Under the pieces are notes generated by a model. That model ran no database searches. It worked only from the letters and a program-made list of their open reading frames with translations, and was not told where the DNA came from. A DNA stretch of 64,000 nt, taken from assembly GCA_035084275.1 (NCBI GenBank), contig CM068743.1, positions 122,698,001 to 122,762,000 on the forward strand, read 5' to 3'. How positions within the stretch are numbered: the stretch's first letter is position 1; each line of letters begins with the position of its first letter. This document shows, in pieces, positions 1 through 11,709 of this stretch. Source of the stretch: Hydrolagus colliei. Taxonomy: Eukaryota. The translations under genes and the position numbers were made by a program.

Positions 1-759
1 TACCTTACACAGCCAAGAAGAGCAAATAGAACATAGATACAAACAGACACATATAATGTCACATAGGATCAAAGTTGCTCTCATCAATAATTCCAGTGCC
101 TTAGATAAATTAAAAAGTTACTGTTAGATGACATCAACCTTTAGTTTTGACAAACAGTATATCGTAGAAGGAAAGGAGATTGCGAGAGTTTTTCATAATT
201 TTCCCCCACAATACCACAGCCCAAATTCTTTCTCTCCCTGTGACTAAGCTCAAAGGAAACCTTCTATGGAAGCAACAACACCAAATCACATTTATATAGT
301 GGCTTCACATCAAAACACTTAACATAGTTAGCTGCCTGGCAGCCAGAACTGAGTTTGGTGTTTGTGTTTGTGCATAAGTGGGAGGTTATGATAGCACAGT
401 GGAAAAGAAGGGTATTAAGGCAGGCTTTATAGGTAGGGAAGGAGTGAACAATGTGTAGGGGTTTTGAGATGCAATTCCAGAGAGCAGAGTGATAAGTACA
501 ATGGTCTGAATACTTATTCCTACTTAGAAGAACGGTGGAAAGATGACTATTCTCCACCCCCCCACCTCATTCCCCTAGTGATGAGCTTCAGGGTTTGGAG
601 TGACTTGGACAATTTCTTTGAAGGATATCCAAAATAATGTGGCCAGGACTTTCTGAGAACTGGAACAGACAGCTGCTGGCCTGAATTTCTGTGTGTTGTA
701 TTTTGAGTCCCCTACGTTGGCTCCTATGCTCATGGCTGCCAACAACAACCTCTATCCAA

Positions 760-892
760 CACTGTGCAGCATGACATTGGTAGGCCACGTACCACTTCAG
801 AAGCAATGTTTTCCTCAGAATCAGTCAGAATCTGCAGCCTGCCAGCCTTAGGTTTTTTTGCTGGTGAACATTTTGCAAATATCTCCTTTGAT
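760..892 (+). pseudogene. Possible Harbinger/PIF transposase N-terminal remnant, cut by the SINE at 893
   Basis: Translation QHDIGRPRTTSEAM..ALGFFAGEHF resembles the Harbinger/HARBI1 DL.R.T..S.A....AL.F(F/Y)..GSFQ segment; short and degenerate. Confidence 0.35.
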
Positions 893-1188
893 GTGGAGTC
901 CTGTAGCTCAGCGGTTAGAGCACTCGCATTGCAAGTGAGAGACCTGGGTTCAAATCCAGGAAGGGTGAAACCTTGGGCAAGTTTCCTTTCTCCACACACC
1001 TAATAATAATTGCTCAAAAAAATCCACGATTATTTGTGGACACTGCTGTGTGCAATTGGCTGCGCGTTTCACCCGCATTATACAGTCAATTCACTTTACG
1101 TATACTCTGTGAAGCACTTTGAGACAACAAGAAGACGTGATAAGGCGCTATATGAAATGCAAGGATTATTATTAGTAGTAGTATTACT
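893..1188 (+). mobile_element. tRNA-derived Deu-domain SINE, full length (short subfamily)
   Basis: Pol III A box TAGCTCAGCGG (904-914) and B box GGTTCAAATCC (947-957); Deu-like core tttgtggacactgctgtgtgcaattggctgc; L2-type tail ending in tta/gta repeats. Confidence 0.9.
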
Positions 1189-2419
1189 GATACATGTCTG
1201 GCTGCCATTTTAAAGATAAATTTGTTCCAAGAAGTGTTGTGTCATTGCTGTATTCTATTTGGCTCAAAAAAAGAGCAACTGTTATTTTAATGTGACAGTT
1301 TGGATCACATTATTCATTTCAGGGGAGTAAACAGGAGTTGTTAACCAGCTTCATTCCCAAAGATTTTTGTTGTTCAGTTTTGCTCTTGTTTTTTTGTCTC
1401 TATTGATCAATTTTCAACTTTTGACCCTGCTTTTTTCGAGAGATGTTGGCAAACTAGAATGATTGGTTGGCATAAGATATTTATAATTGCCACTTCTCAT
1501 ATTACAACATTGTTGTCTAAGCACTCTTTTTTGTGTGTATCCATGTACTTGTGCTTTTCCCCCATGAATCCATCCTAATTGGTTGGGTGCCTGTTGTCAA
1601 ATACATTTGCAATCCGCAGGACCTTCCCCATACAGATTTGATTCCCAATTACAGCAAATCCTCCCTGGGATATATGTGCCTTCTTTGTGATATCCTAAAA
1701 AATGTTAATGCCAGAATTATTCCATTGTTGTGGTAATATTGGAGATTTAAACATTCGTTGTCAACGTTTCAATTAATGTTGCTGTGGGAACAATTAGCAC
1801 ATTAGAAGGTGGTATTGCCGTGTTGTAGATTTTGCTGTGATTCGCAAATTGACCCAAGTCTGCTTTATCGTGACAGTGATTGAAAACATGTTTCTCAACT
1901 TATTTTGCAGTGATATATTGATATCATTACTAATCTTTATCATGATGCATTGATAACATATTTCTCTCATTATTCGTAGTGGTACAATGAGCAAACGCTT
2001 TACTTGGAGCGATGCCAGTTGTCAGGATTTTTCATTTGCATCCGAGAGAGTCTGCAGGCAGAACTCATGGACCAGAAGAAAATACATATGCTTGCCATAA
2101 TAGTGTTTTATCCTGATTTTCCTCTTAGCTTCTGCACACATGTTATATTGTTTGCCTCCATTACACTGATATTTCTCTCTTTTTGAATCTTTGTCCCAAA
2201 TTTATTTTGATCTTCTGGAAGCTCAGGAACACTGTTTACCACACAGCATTTAATTATGTCTATCAGTACATGTCCTTATAACCCTCAGTAACATTAATGT
2301 AATGCTCAATAATGTCCATTAACAGTAATCATAATTCTTACATTTGATAGTGCGTTTCATGTCAGGAGAATGTCTTGAAGATAGTATTTTTGTAGGCAAC
2401 CACCATAGCAAATTTACAA

Positions 2420-2760
2420 ATTTGCAGAATTTTGGATAACCTGGATTTTGTGAATGGTGGCAGAGGGGAGATTGTTGAGGAGGGATGGACCACTGTTTCG
2501 ACAGCTTTTGGGGTGAGATATTGGTAAAGACAGGCAATGCATCAGAGATGGAAGAAGGCGATGCTGGTGAGGAACTGGAAGTGGGGGAGGAAGGATAATT
2601 GGAGGTCGAACCTGATGCCTAAGTTGCATACAGATTCAGAGAGTTTTAGGGGCAGGTTGGGTAGGTGGAGGAGTTGAGAGCTATGGGATTGAAGGCGTCG
2701 ACGAGAGCGAAAGAGTATGGCTTCCGTCTTGTCAACATTGAGATGAAGGAAAATGCATTG
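2420..2760 (-). mobile_element. Old L2 LINE fragment (ORF2 C-terminal region)
   Basis: Minus strand encodes LNVDKTEAIL and LPSATIHKIQVIQNSA, matching the L2 copies elsewhere in the window. Confidence 0.8.
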
Positions 2761-3829
2761 AAATGAAGGAGAAAGCGCATCATCCAGACAGAACTGTAAT
2801 TAAGAAGAAGGAAAAAATAGTCGAAGTCTGGATCACATTAAGAAGTGAAGATGGAGGAAAAAGAAAATTTCTGAGAATAATGAAACAAAGTTTAGATTTT
2901 TGTGTTACTTCGCAGGGAATAAAATGTAAAGGTTAATGTCTAATCTGGTACTCAAGGGTTATTTCTTTTTCTCAGTCTGTGGGTGGTTTCATTTGATATG
3001 GCATCTTATCACAAAGAAACATCTCAAAGCATTTCATAGGGTTTATTGTTAGATGTTTCATCTGTGCAGTTTTGCAGTCAATCGTGGACCCAATTTGACT
3101 CCCAATAAACATTCTCAAGAAAATACTTAAATAAGGTGCTTTTCTCTTTTTCTCCGATTGTGGGATTTTTCAAATCGAAATCACAGTTGAAACGTCTTCT
3201 TTTCAGAGTAAGATTATTATCATAATATAATATTCCTTCCATTTGATATAACAGCTTATCACATTGCTGAGATGTCTCAAAGCGCTTCACGGAATACACA
3301 GTAAAGTGTATTTATATCAAGGAGCACATCACACGCAGAAAGTTGTTGATCAAAACAGCATCACAGTAGAAATGATTACTCCTCATAAATAGAAAGACCT
3401 GTTAAAAAGAAAAATGAGGGATTAATTTTTTTTCCCAAACCTTGCCTCTGCTGTGCGATAAAAGGAACCGATTCAACTGTCAAGTGTGCATTTTTTTCTA
3501 TTTAAAATTATTTTGCTGTTTTCCTCCAATATCTTCAGGCTGAATGTTGTTTTATGCTGACAGCGAGATTTCTTTGTTCACCTCAACTCAACTAGATTGG
3601 TGGAATATTAGAATCTGTGAAATGTGTGCCTCATCCCAATCTGAATTTGGACAATGAGTATTGACAGGTTATTAAACCAAAATATATTCCTGTTTGTAAG
3701 CATCAAACAATCCTTCCCCACCAGCGGAGGGGAAGAGGTACAAATAGGAAGCCAAAACCCGCCAAGTAGAGGCTGTGGGTGGTTGAATGAGGGGTAAGTA
3801 AATCAGATAGGTAAGGGTTTGCGAGCAAA

Positions 3830-3958
3830 TAATAATAATAATAATCCTTGCATTTTGATATAGCGCTTTTCACGTCTTCTAAACATCTCAAAGCGCTTCA
3901 CTTGAGATGTTTAGAAGACGTGAAAAGCGCTAAATCAAATGAAAGGGATATTATTATT
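3830..3958. repeat. Inverted pair of SINE 3' tails forming a hairpin
   Basis: 31-bp perfect arms 3861-3891 and 3902-3932 with a 10-nt loop; imperfect pairing continues into the (aat)/(tta) tails. Confidence 0.9.
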
Positions 3959-4069
3959 CTAAGTTGTTATTTTGACTCACTACTATGACTCATTATGACT
4001 CACATTATGACTCACCTATAAATGCATGGTCTATGGTAGACCATGCATTTATTTACTTAGTCATCACAC

Positions 4070-4340
4070 AAAGCTTCACGTAATAATTTTGAAAGAATTC
4101 AACAAGGTGGTATAGATCGTCTGATTCTAGATCATCTGAATCCAAATGAGGGAGGATGAATTGAAAATAGCCGCTAGCAGACTCAAAAGGGAGTTTGAGA
4201 GGAACTTCTTCAGGCAGGGGATGGTGTGAATGTGAAACACATTGTTACAAGTTGTGATTGAAGCAGAAAGCATAATGCATTTAAGAGGAAATTTTATGCA
4301 ATCGTCAGAGAGAACGGGTATAGGAGAGGGAATTATACAA
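4070..4340 (+). mobile_element. Old CR1 LINE 3' fragment
   Basis: CR1-like ORF2 end (aggaacttcttcaggcagggatggtgtgaatgtg) followed by 3' UTR-like sequence. Confidence 0.6.
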
Positions 4341-5517
4341 TAAATAATAAACCTTATCATGCCTCTGAGACGTCTCAAAGCTCTTCACAGCATATACTGT
4401 ATTCTCCACCTCTCAAAGCCAATCAGGAATCTGGGCATCTTGTTCGACCCCAAGCTATCCTTCCTCCCCCACATCCGCTCCATGACCGGCACAGCCTTCC
4501 ATCACCTCTGCAATATTGCCAGACTCCGCCACAATCTCACCCCCCATGCCTACGAAGCCCTCATCCACGCCTTTATCACTTCCAGGCTGAACTACGGGAA
4601 CTCTCTCCTCGACAGCCTTCCCAGCTCCTCCCTCACAGGCTGCAGATCATTCAGAACTCTGCAGCTCGTGTACTCTCCCGCACCAGGCTTCGAGTCCAGA
4701 TCACTCCCACCCTCGCCCGTCTCCACTGGCTCCCCGTCACCCAGAGGATCGAATTCAAGATCCTTTCCTCACTTTCAAGGCCATTCACGGCCTTGCCCCC
4801 ACCTATCTCTCTGATCTACTGTCTTCCTATCAGCCTGCCCGTCCCCTCCGTTCAGCAGACTCAGGGCTACTCCACGTCCACCGCCCTAACTGCCCAACCA
4901 TTGGCAGCTGGGCATTCAGTCTCTCTGCTCCCACACTGTGGAACTCCATCCCGCAGCCCCTCCATCTCGCTTCCTCCCTTTCCTCCTTCAAGGCCGGTCT
5001 CAAGACCTTCCTCTTCGACCGCGCCTTCGGCTGCCCGACTAACTCTTCCCCCTCTCCCACTCTCCGTTCCCTTCCTCCTACTTCGACCCTCCCCCACCCC
5101 CACCCACCACCCCCCGCTCGGGTCCCGACCAGACTGTTCAGGGCTTTTGGACGTCCTCCCGACGTGAAAGGCGCTATATAAGTGCAATTTTGTTGTTGTT
5201 GTTGTATTGTAAAATGAATTAACTGTATACAGTATTTTGTTGGCGAAACACGCCTGCCGACTGCGCACAGCAGTGTCCCACAAACAGTCGTAGATTGAGT
5301 GACCAAATTATTACTTTTTTAAAGGAATTATTATATAATTATTATTCCTATTATTATCCTCGGAAATGCGATCTGCCAATCGACTTACAACTGGGACATC
5401 ACTTGCTGCTAGGCAAACAGAGGCTTGTGGAGTAAGGAAACGTGTCTTGCCAGAAATCAAACCCAGGTCTCTCGCTTGTGAAGCGATTGCTCTAACCACT
5501 GATGTACAGGACTCCAC
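4340..5517 (-). mobile_element. tRNA/Deu SINE (long subfamily) interrupted by the L2 at 4400-5205
   Basis: Tail at 4340-4400; body and head at 5206-5517 ending ggactccac; similar atactgta/tattgta flank the insert. Confidence 0.85.
4400..5205 (+). mobile_element. L2 LINE, family A-like, 5'-truncated, frameshifted
   Basis: LHLSKPIRNLGILFDPKLSF..HAFITSRLNYGNSLL; stem-loop tail and (TTG)n. Confidence 0.92.
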
Positions 5518-6004
5518 CTAGGGGTGGATTAGGAGGTAGAGTTCATGGAGAGTATATATATACTTATGGTCACTTTCACCCCTCTCCCCAACACGACTTG
5601 GCATTGGGTCCACCACTGTTCAGCACTCAGAGACAATGCCCTACACAAAGGGTACCAATCAAATGCAAGTTGTTGTTGTAGAGGCATGAAAAGTGCTGCA
5701 AAGTACAAGCTGTTGTAAACGCGTATGAAGTTGTTTGGGAATATAATTATAATAATCATCCTTCCATTTGATATTGAGCATTCCATGTTGAGAGGACATC
5801 TCAAAGTGCTTCAAAAGATATACTGTGAAGAGTAGCGACTGTGCATTTTGTAGGTGAACACAGACAGTACAGCAATGTCGCATAAACAGTTATTTGGCCG
5901 AGGCACCGAGGAAAATATCAAAGACTCGCTTACTGCTAAACTATAGTATCCAGTCACGCATATTCCAGAGATCAGTACTGTTATACAACAATGCTTCTAC
6001 GAAA

Positions 6005-6352
6005 CAATAATAATAATAATAATTATCCTTGCATTTGATATAGCGCTTTTCACATCTTATCGACGTCCCAAAGCGCTTCACAGAATATACCGTAAAGTGA
6101 ATTGACTGTATATTTGTGAGCAAATCGCAGCAGCCAATTGCGCACAGCAGTGTCCCACAAACAGTCGTGGATTGAAATGACCCATTTTATTGTTGTGTTT
6201 TTTTTGGAGGGATTATTATTAGGCGTGTGGAGTGAGAAAACTTGCCCAGGGTTTTGCCCTGACCTGCCTGGATTCGAACACAGGTCTCCCCAGCTTGGTC
6301 TCCCCAGCTTGCAAGACAAGTGCTCTAACCACTAAGCCACAGGAGCTCCACA
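6005..6352 (-). mobile_element. tRNA/Deu SINE, full length
   Basis: Reverse-complement of the 893 SINE, with a small tandem duplication (tctccccagcttg) in the head. Confidence 0.9.
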
Positions 6353-7289
6353 ATAGACCATTAGCAGCCAGAGTTTCATTTTTGTTAGTCACTGGTCTTA
6401 TTTTGAATAATTAATTCGGGTGAAAGACAGGAAGCACTTTTCCACTTCATCCAGTCACCAGAACTATTCTAACTCCTCTTCTTTCGACAGTATCTTATAA
6501 CAAGCTGGCACACCATAAACCTTAAAAAGTTTCTACCTCCTAAATGGAAATATTGCCACTCTAAATAGGAGTCTTTTTCTACAGTGACGAGACCAGGAAG
6601 AGGCTGCAACAGTTGTTTTGTTGTTGTTGTTGTTGTATTGAAGAGTGAGCGCTTACAATCACTGTGCTACATGCTGGCACTGATAACAATTACTTGTAAT
6701 TCTGGAATATGGAGTTGCCAAAAATACACAAAAACAGAAATGTAATCCACCCCACTGTTGTTGTTGCCAGTTTTGATGAATTTCTAACTTTAATCTCAGT
6801 TTACATAGTAATTCAAACTGATTGCAAATTTCTGGGTAAACTAAAATCCAATATAGTGATAATATAATATAGTTAGCATCACATATTTTAAATAAAACAC
6901 TCAGTGGTAAGCCATTGAGGACTTCTGATCGCCTCTATGCCTCAGGTACACTCCAGAACAAGCTCCTTCTTTTCAAAGTTTCAGCATTTCTCCACATTTC
7001 CAGCTGTGGAATTTTTAGTTCAAAATGTATTTCTGCTAGAGAAAGATATGGAACAAGAGATTGTTCTAAATGTCACAATCCTAGTTTCACTGCCTGAAGT
7101 CTTAAACTAACTTACACAACTGCACATGTCTAAGACACCTATTAGAGTATTCAATTATTATTTTTCGTGTGTCCTAAATTATTGATCCGGGTTTAATGTT
7201 TCAATTCCATTCAAAATCATATAAACCTCTATGGGTCAAGACTAAAATCATCACCACGCTTACGAATATCAAACCAATCTGATAGATTT

Positions 7290-7432
7290 TTGAAAAATAG
7301 AGGGATTAGGGGATATGGGGATAGGGCAGGTAATCAAAGTTAGGTGAGAAGATCAGCCATGATCTTGTTGAATGACAGAGCAGGCTCGAAGGGCCGAATG
7401 GCCTACTCCTGCTCCTAATTCTTATGTTATGT
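7290..7432 (+). mobile_element. CR1 3' UTR fragment
   Basis: gatcagccatgatct..gagcaggctcgaagggccgaatggcctactcctgctcct..ttcttatgtt, a typical CR1 tail. Confidence 0.8.
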
Positions 7433-7884
7433 TCAAACTGAGGGTTCCACCTACATATGGAAATTTCCCTGTGACTGGAATAGATTTTATAAATAGTATT
7501 AAACAATATAAAACCAAAGAGATAATGCTAAACTTATATTATTTGATAGCTGGACCTCAGTTAGAATATCATGTCCAGTTTTGGTCACCCCGCTTTAGCA
7601 AAGACAACAGGGAAATAGAAAAGGTGAAGAGGAAATTTACGAGGAAATTTACCAATGAGTGATTTGGCATATGAGCAGAGATTGGAGGAACTGAGACTTA
7701 CTTCTTCCGAACAAAGAAAGGTGAATGGTGACCTAATAGAGGTATTTAGAAAAATGAGGGGGTTTGATAGTTAATGGGGAGAAATTATTTCCCTGGTAAA
7801 TAAGTGAGTGACTGCAATGCATCAATTTAGTAAAGATAGGAAACAAGCGAATGAGAACGTTTAACTAAAACATTTCACAGAGAG

Positions 7885-8708
7885 GTGAGGGCTGCCAGCC
7901 TCAACATCCAAGGCTGCACTCTCCACCTCACAAAGCCAATCAGGAACCTCGGCATCATGTTCGATCAAAAACTTTCCTTCCTCCCCCACATCCGCGCCTT
8001 GACCTCCACCGCCTATTTCCATCTGCGCAACATTGCCAGGCTCCGCAACTATCTTACCCCCCGCGCTGCCGAAACACTTATGCATGCTTACATCACCTCA
8101 CGGCTGGATTACGGAAATTCTCTCCTAGTCGGCCTCCCCAGTTCCTCCATTCATAGGCTGCAGGCCATCCAAAACTCTGCAGCCCGTGTACTATCCCGCA
8201 CCCGCCTCCGTGACCACATAACCCCCACCCTCACCCGTCTCCACTGGCTCCCCATCCTCCAGAGGATCGAGTTTAAGATCCTCGTCCTCACCTACAAGGC
8301 CTTACACGGCCTTGCCCCATCCTACCTAACCGATCTACTCTCCTCCTACACGCCCACCCGGACCCTCCGTTCAACAGGACTTGGCCTGCTGCAAGCCCCC
8401 CGCCCGAACCGCCCCACCATCGGAGGCCGGGCCTTCAGTTTCTCCGCTCCCACCTTATGGAATGCCATCCCTCAATCCCTCCGTTTCGCCTCTTCCCTTT
8501 CCTCTTTCAAGGCCGATTTGAAGACTTTCCTCTTCGATCGTGCCTTTTGTTCCACCCCGAACTCTTTTACCTCCCCTTCGTGTTTCACCCCTTCCCAAAC
8601 ACTCCCCTCCCAGTTCGGGTCACACGCCTCTTGTTCAGCGCCTTGGGACGTCCTCCCGACGTGAAAGGCGCTCTATAAATGTAAATTGTTGTTGTTGTTG
8701 TTGTTGTT
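7885..8708 (+). mobile_element. Young L2 family A, 5'-truncated, open 259-aa ORF2 remnant
   Basis: Uninterrupted RNLG..SRLDYGNSLL..QNSAARVL..LHWLPI..RIEFKIL..GGRAFS..LWN; (TTG)n tail. Confidence 0.95.
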
Positions 8709-8752
8709 GGAATGGTCTGCCAGGAACAATGGGTTTGAGCCAGAAACTATAT

Positions 8753-9083
8753 TGATCTCCTCTCTCCCCAAATCAGCACCCACTGCCTTCGCTCCATTGG
8801 GTCTGGCCTCCTCCATGTCCCCCGAATCCTCCGCTCCACCCTCGGCGGCTGTGCCTTCAGCCACTATGCCCCAAGGCTCTGGAACTCCCTTCCTCACTCC
8901 CTTCACCTCGCCCCCTCTCTTCCCAGTTTCAGGTCACAGTTAAGACCTTTCTCTTTGACTGTGCCTTTGGTCACCTTTCTACCCCTGCCCCTGGCTCGGT
9001 CCTGGGATCCACTACTGTGAAGCGCTCTGAGACGCTGTCTGGCGTGGAGGATGCTATATAAATCGAAGTTGTTGTTGTTGTTG
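8753..9083 (+). mobile_element. L2 family B 3' fragment
   Basis: Matches 45181-45540 in reverse; tail gagacgctgtctggcgtgg..atataaatcgaag(ttg)n; tatatt duplicated at both flanks. Confidence 0.9.
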
Positions 9084-9280
9084 TATATTAGCTTTCAAAA
9101 GGCAACAGATAGATAGATTATCTAAAATTGAGTAAATTACAGGGGTATGGGGAAAGAGCAGTTTAAATGGGACTGAAACGATTGCTCTTTAAAAGTGTCA
9201 ACAAATACGATGGACTAAAAAACCTTCTGTGCTGTAACATTTTCTGTGGTTCTATGTAATGCACATTCTCCCTTATGGAA

Positions 9281-9410
9281 TACACTCTGTTTATTTAATC
9301 CCAGAGAGTATTAGGCAAAAGTTGGCAAGACCCCAAATCTAGGGACCCCAGATTGTGTATTGGGAGTTTGTACTGCTGGAGTTTAACCAGCTTTAACCAC
9401 ATCTGGAACA
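9281..9410 (+). repeat. Unclassified dispersed repeat (second copy at 58907-59013)
   Basis: Shared blocks taatYccagagagtattagg, gggaccMcaga and taaccagct..aaccac, in the same order in both copies. Confidence 0.7.
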
Positions 9411-10929
9411 CACTGCCTGGCAGGATTCCTGCTGCTTGTCCAGCTAGGACGCAGTAGGGCTTCGGCTGCAGGATTAATAGATGGTGAACGGGAAGAATCC
9501 ATAGTCTCCAGTGACTGATCTTCCTTTCTTAAGATTTGTTGGCAACTTAAGATGGCTGGTCAGTCACGTCAATGGCCTAGCATACTCCAAATCGGCTTAG
9601 CTAAACAACTGACTACTGAAACAGCTACAAAGGGAGGACTCAACTCTGACAAATCCTTTAAGATTAGATCAGATCTTAAATTGATTTGCACCCACTGAGG
9701 AAGAGGAGGATGTGAGTCAATCTAGGGGGGAAGGAAAGGGTTCTGGTTCATTTCCTTTGCATTTGTGCAATTCCTAAACATTTCAGGAGAATTATTTTAA
9801 TATTAAGAGATCTAGGGACTACATCAATGGGACTATTCAGTAAATGTATCACTTTGCATCACATTCCGTCTATGTAAATCTATGTTAATTTGCTACGTTT
9901 TCTACCGAAGATGGAAATTCAAAATGTATTTTTGGATGAATAGCACGGCTGCGAATCTAGCATCCTAACTTATATACTTAGCCTTGTTCTTCTTGTAAAT
10001 ACCTATCAATTTCTACTCATCAACCTCTGCTTTGTATACTGATCACCCACATATGTAGCAACAATCATCAGAACACTTTGGTATCACTGATGTACAAGTA
10101 TGATCAAATTACAACCAGCTGAATGCTGCACTGATCCTGCTGAAGAGCCAGTAGGTAGAGTCAAGAAACATTTATCATTTGAAAGAATCCGTCAAACACA
10201 CAGTTGATTAGTGATGTAATTTTTTTTTGACAACAACAAATTCCTTTGACAATCCTAACCATCTCTCTTCAGATGTTTTTCTGCAAACCATGAAAAGACT
10301 AAAGGTTTTACTTATTCAAATCTGAAATGATTTCTCATCTGTCTAAAGAGTATGATGTTACGAAAGCAATTCATCAAGAAAATGCTAAGTCGTCACTTGA
10401 TTAATCTATCGCAGAATCCCATCAGTTACATTTTGAAGGAAAAAATGACATGGCTGAGAGTGCTTACAGCGGGATTTTCTATAATGCAAAAAAGATCACA
10501 TTAAATAGATGCTTCACAAAATGAATGGAGAAAATGTGCACTTAACTAAAAGTGAAACGTCTTCTAGAGTACCTTGCTTAAGTATCTGAAAAATCTAATG
10601 GTGTAGTTAATATATCATAAATAGAATAACTGAGCCCTCAAGATGTTTCAATATAATTAAACAATTGACTCCTTTAATATCGAGGCAGTAATAAGAGGAA
10701 AATAAAAAGTAACAACGATTGTTTGCTCACACTCAAAGCAGCCGACACGTAGAAAGAAATCAAATCAATTGATAACAAGGGAAATTGAATGAATAAAAGC
10801 AGAAAGGAAGCCGGTAAATGAAGAAATAAAGTAAATTAGAGAGGGAAAATATAATCAAAGTAATGTTGAATGGGGAAGTGGAAATTATGGATCTAAAGAA
10901 ATAAAAGATGCATACCCAGATGAATCACA

Positions 10930-11600
10930 AACCACATTGAATGTTAACAGATATAAGATAATCCATATGTTGTATTAATAAAAGCAAATAAAACGTATAT
11001 AATTCAATAGGGTATCATTGCAGTGTGGTTTTATATACAAATAAAATGTCACAATATATATTCAAACAGACTATAAATCCACTGCAGGTACTTTCAGTGA
11101 AACTGCAGCAGATTGTGTCCAGTTCTGGTCATAGTCATCAACAAATAAACATAGAGGCAATTGAAAGGATGAAGAGAAGAACAAGTCCTGTAAATGATTC
11201 TAATTTCTAGACTATTAAGCTATGAAGAAAAGTGATATTCACTATCTTGAAAAAATAATATTTTAAAGAGCAATATGATTACATTTTTGAACATAATTAA
11301 GGAAAGAGATAATATACAAATGACTTGGAGGGTTAGTAGGCAATATAAAAATTGGAGGCAGATTACATAATGATGAACAATATACTATCTAGATTCCAAA
11401 TGATTTTGATCCCATTATACACACACAAAGATTGGTAAATTTGCTGACCAAAGAGCATAACCCTCAAGGAAAAGTTACCAGGGAAATAATTGAAGAAAAT
11501 TATATGAATGGATTCCAGAGACAACTAGATGTGCATCTGCAAAAAGAACAGAATATGGAAGATGACAATATGAAGTTCAGACATATTTGGATGATCGCAA
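10930..11600 (+). mobile_element. Very old CR1 3' fragment
   Basis: gattgtgtccagttctggtc (CVQFW) and IEAIERMKRR-like ORF2 remnants. Confidence 0.6.
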
Positions 11601-11709
11601 GACAAGTTTACAGGTGCCGAAAGTGACAAAATCATAATAATAACAATGATGATAATAATAATTCTTGCATTTGATAATGCTCCTTTCATATCACGAGGAA
11701 ATCTCAAAA

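Larger units (their letters stand above)
7480..9256 (+). mobile_element. Old CR1 3' portion interrupted by two L2 insertions
   Basis: PQLEYHVQFWSP motif near 7555-7590; CR1 sequence resumes at 8709-8752 and 9084-9256 (tail). Confidence 0.75.

Noticed and set aside
893-965. tRNA gene
   Set aside because: A and B boxes are present but run into the Deu body and L2 tail, and recur in many copies; it is a SINE head
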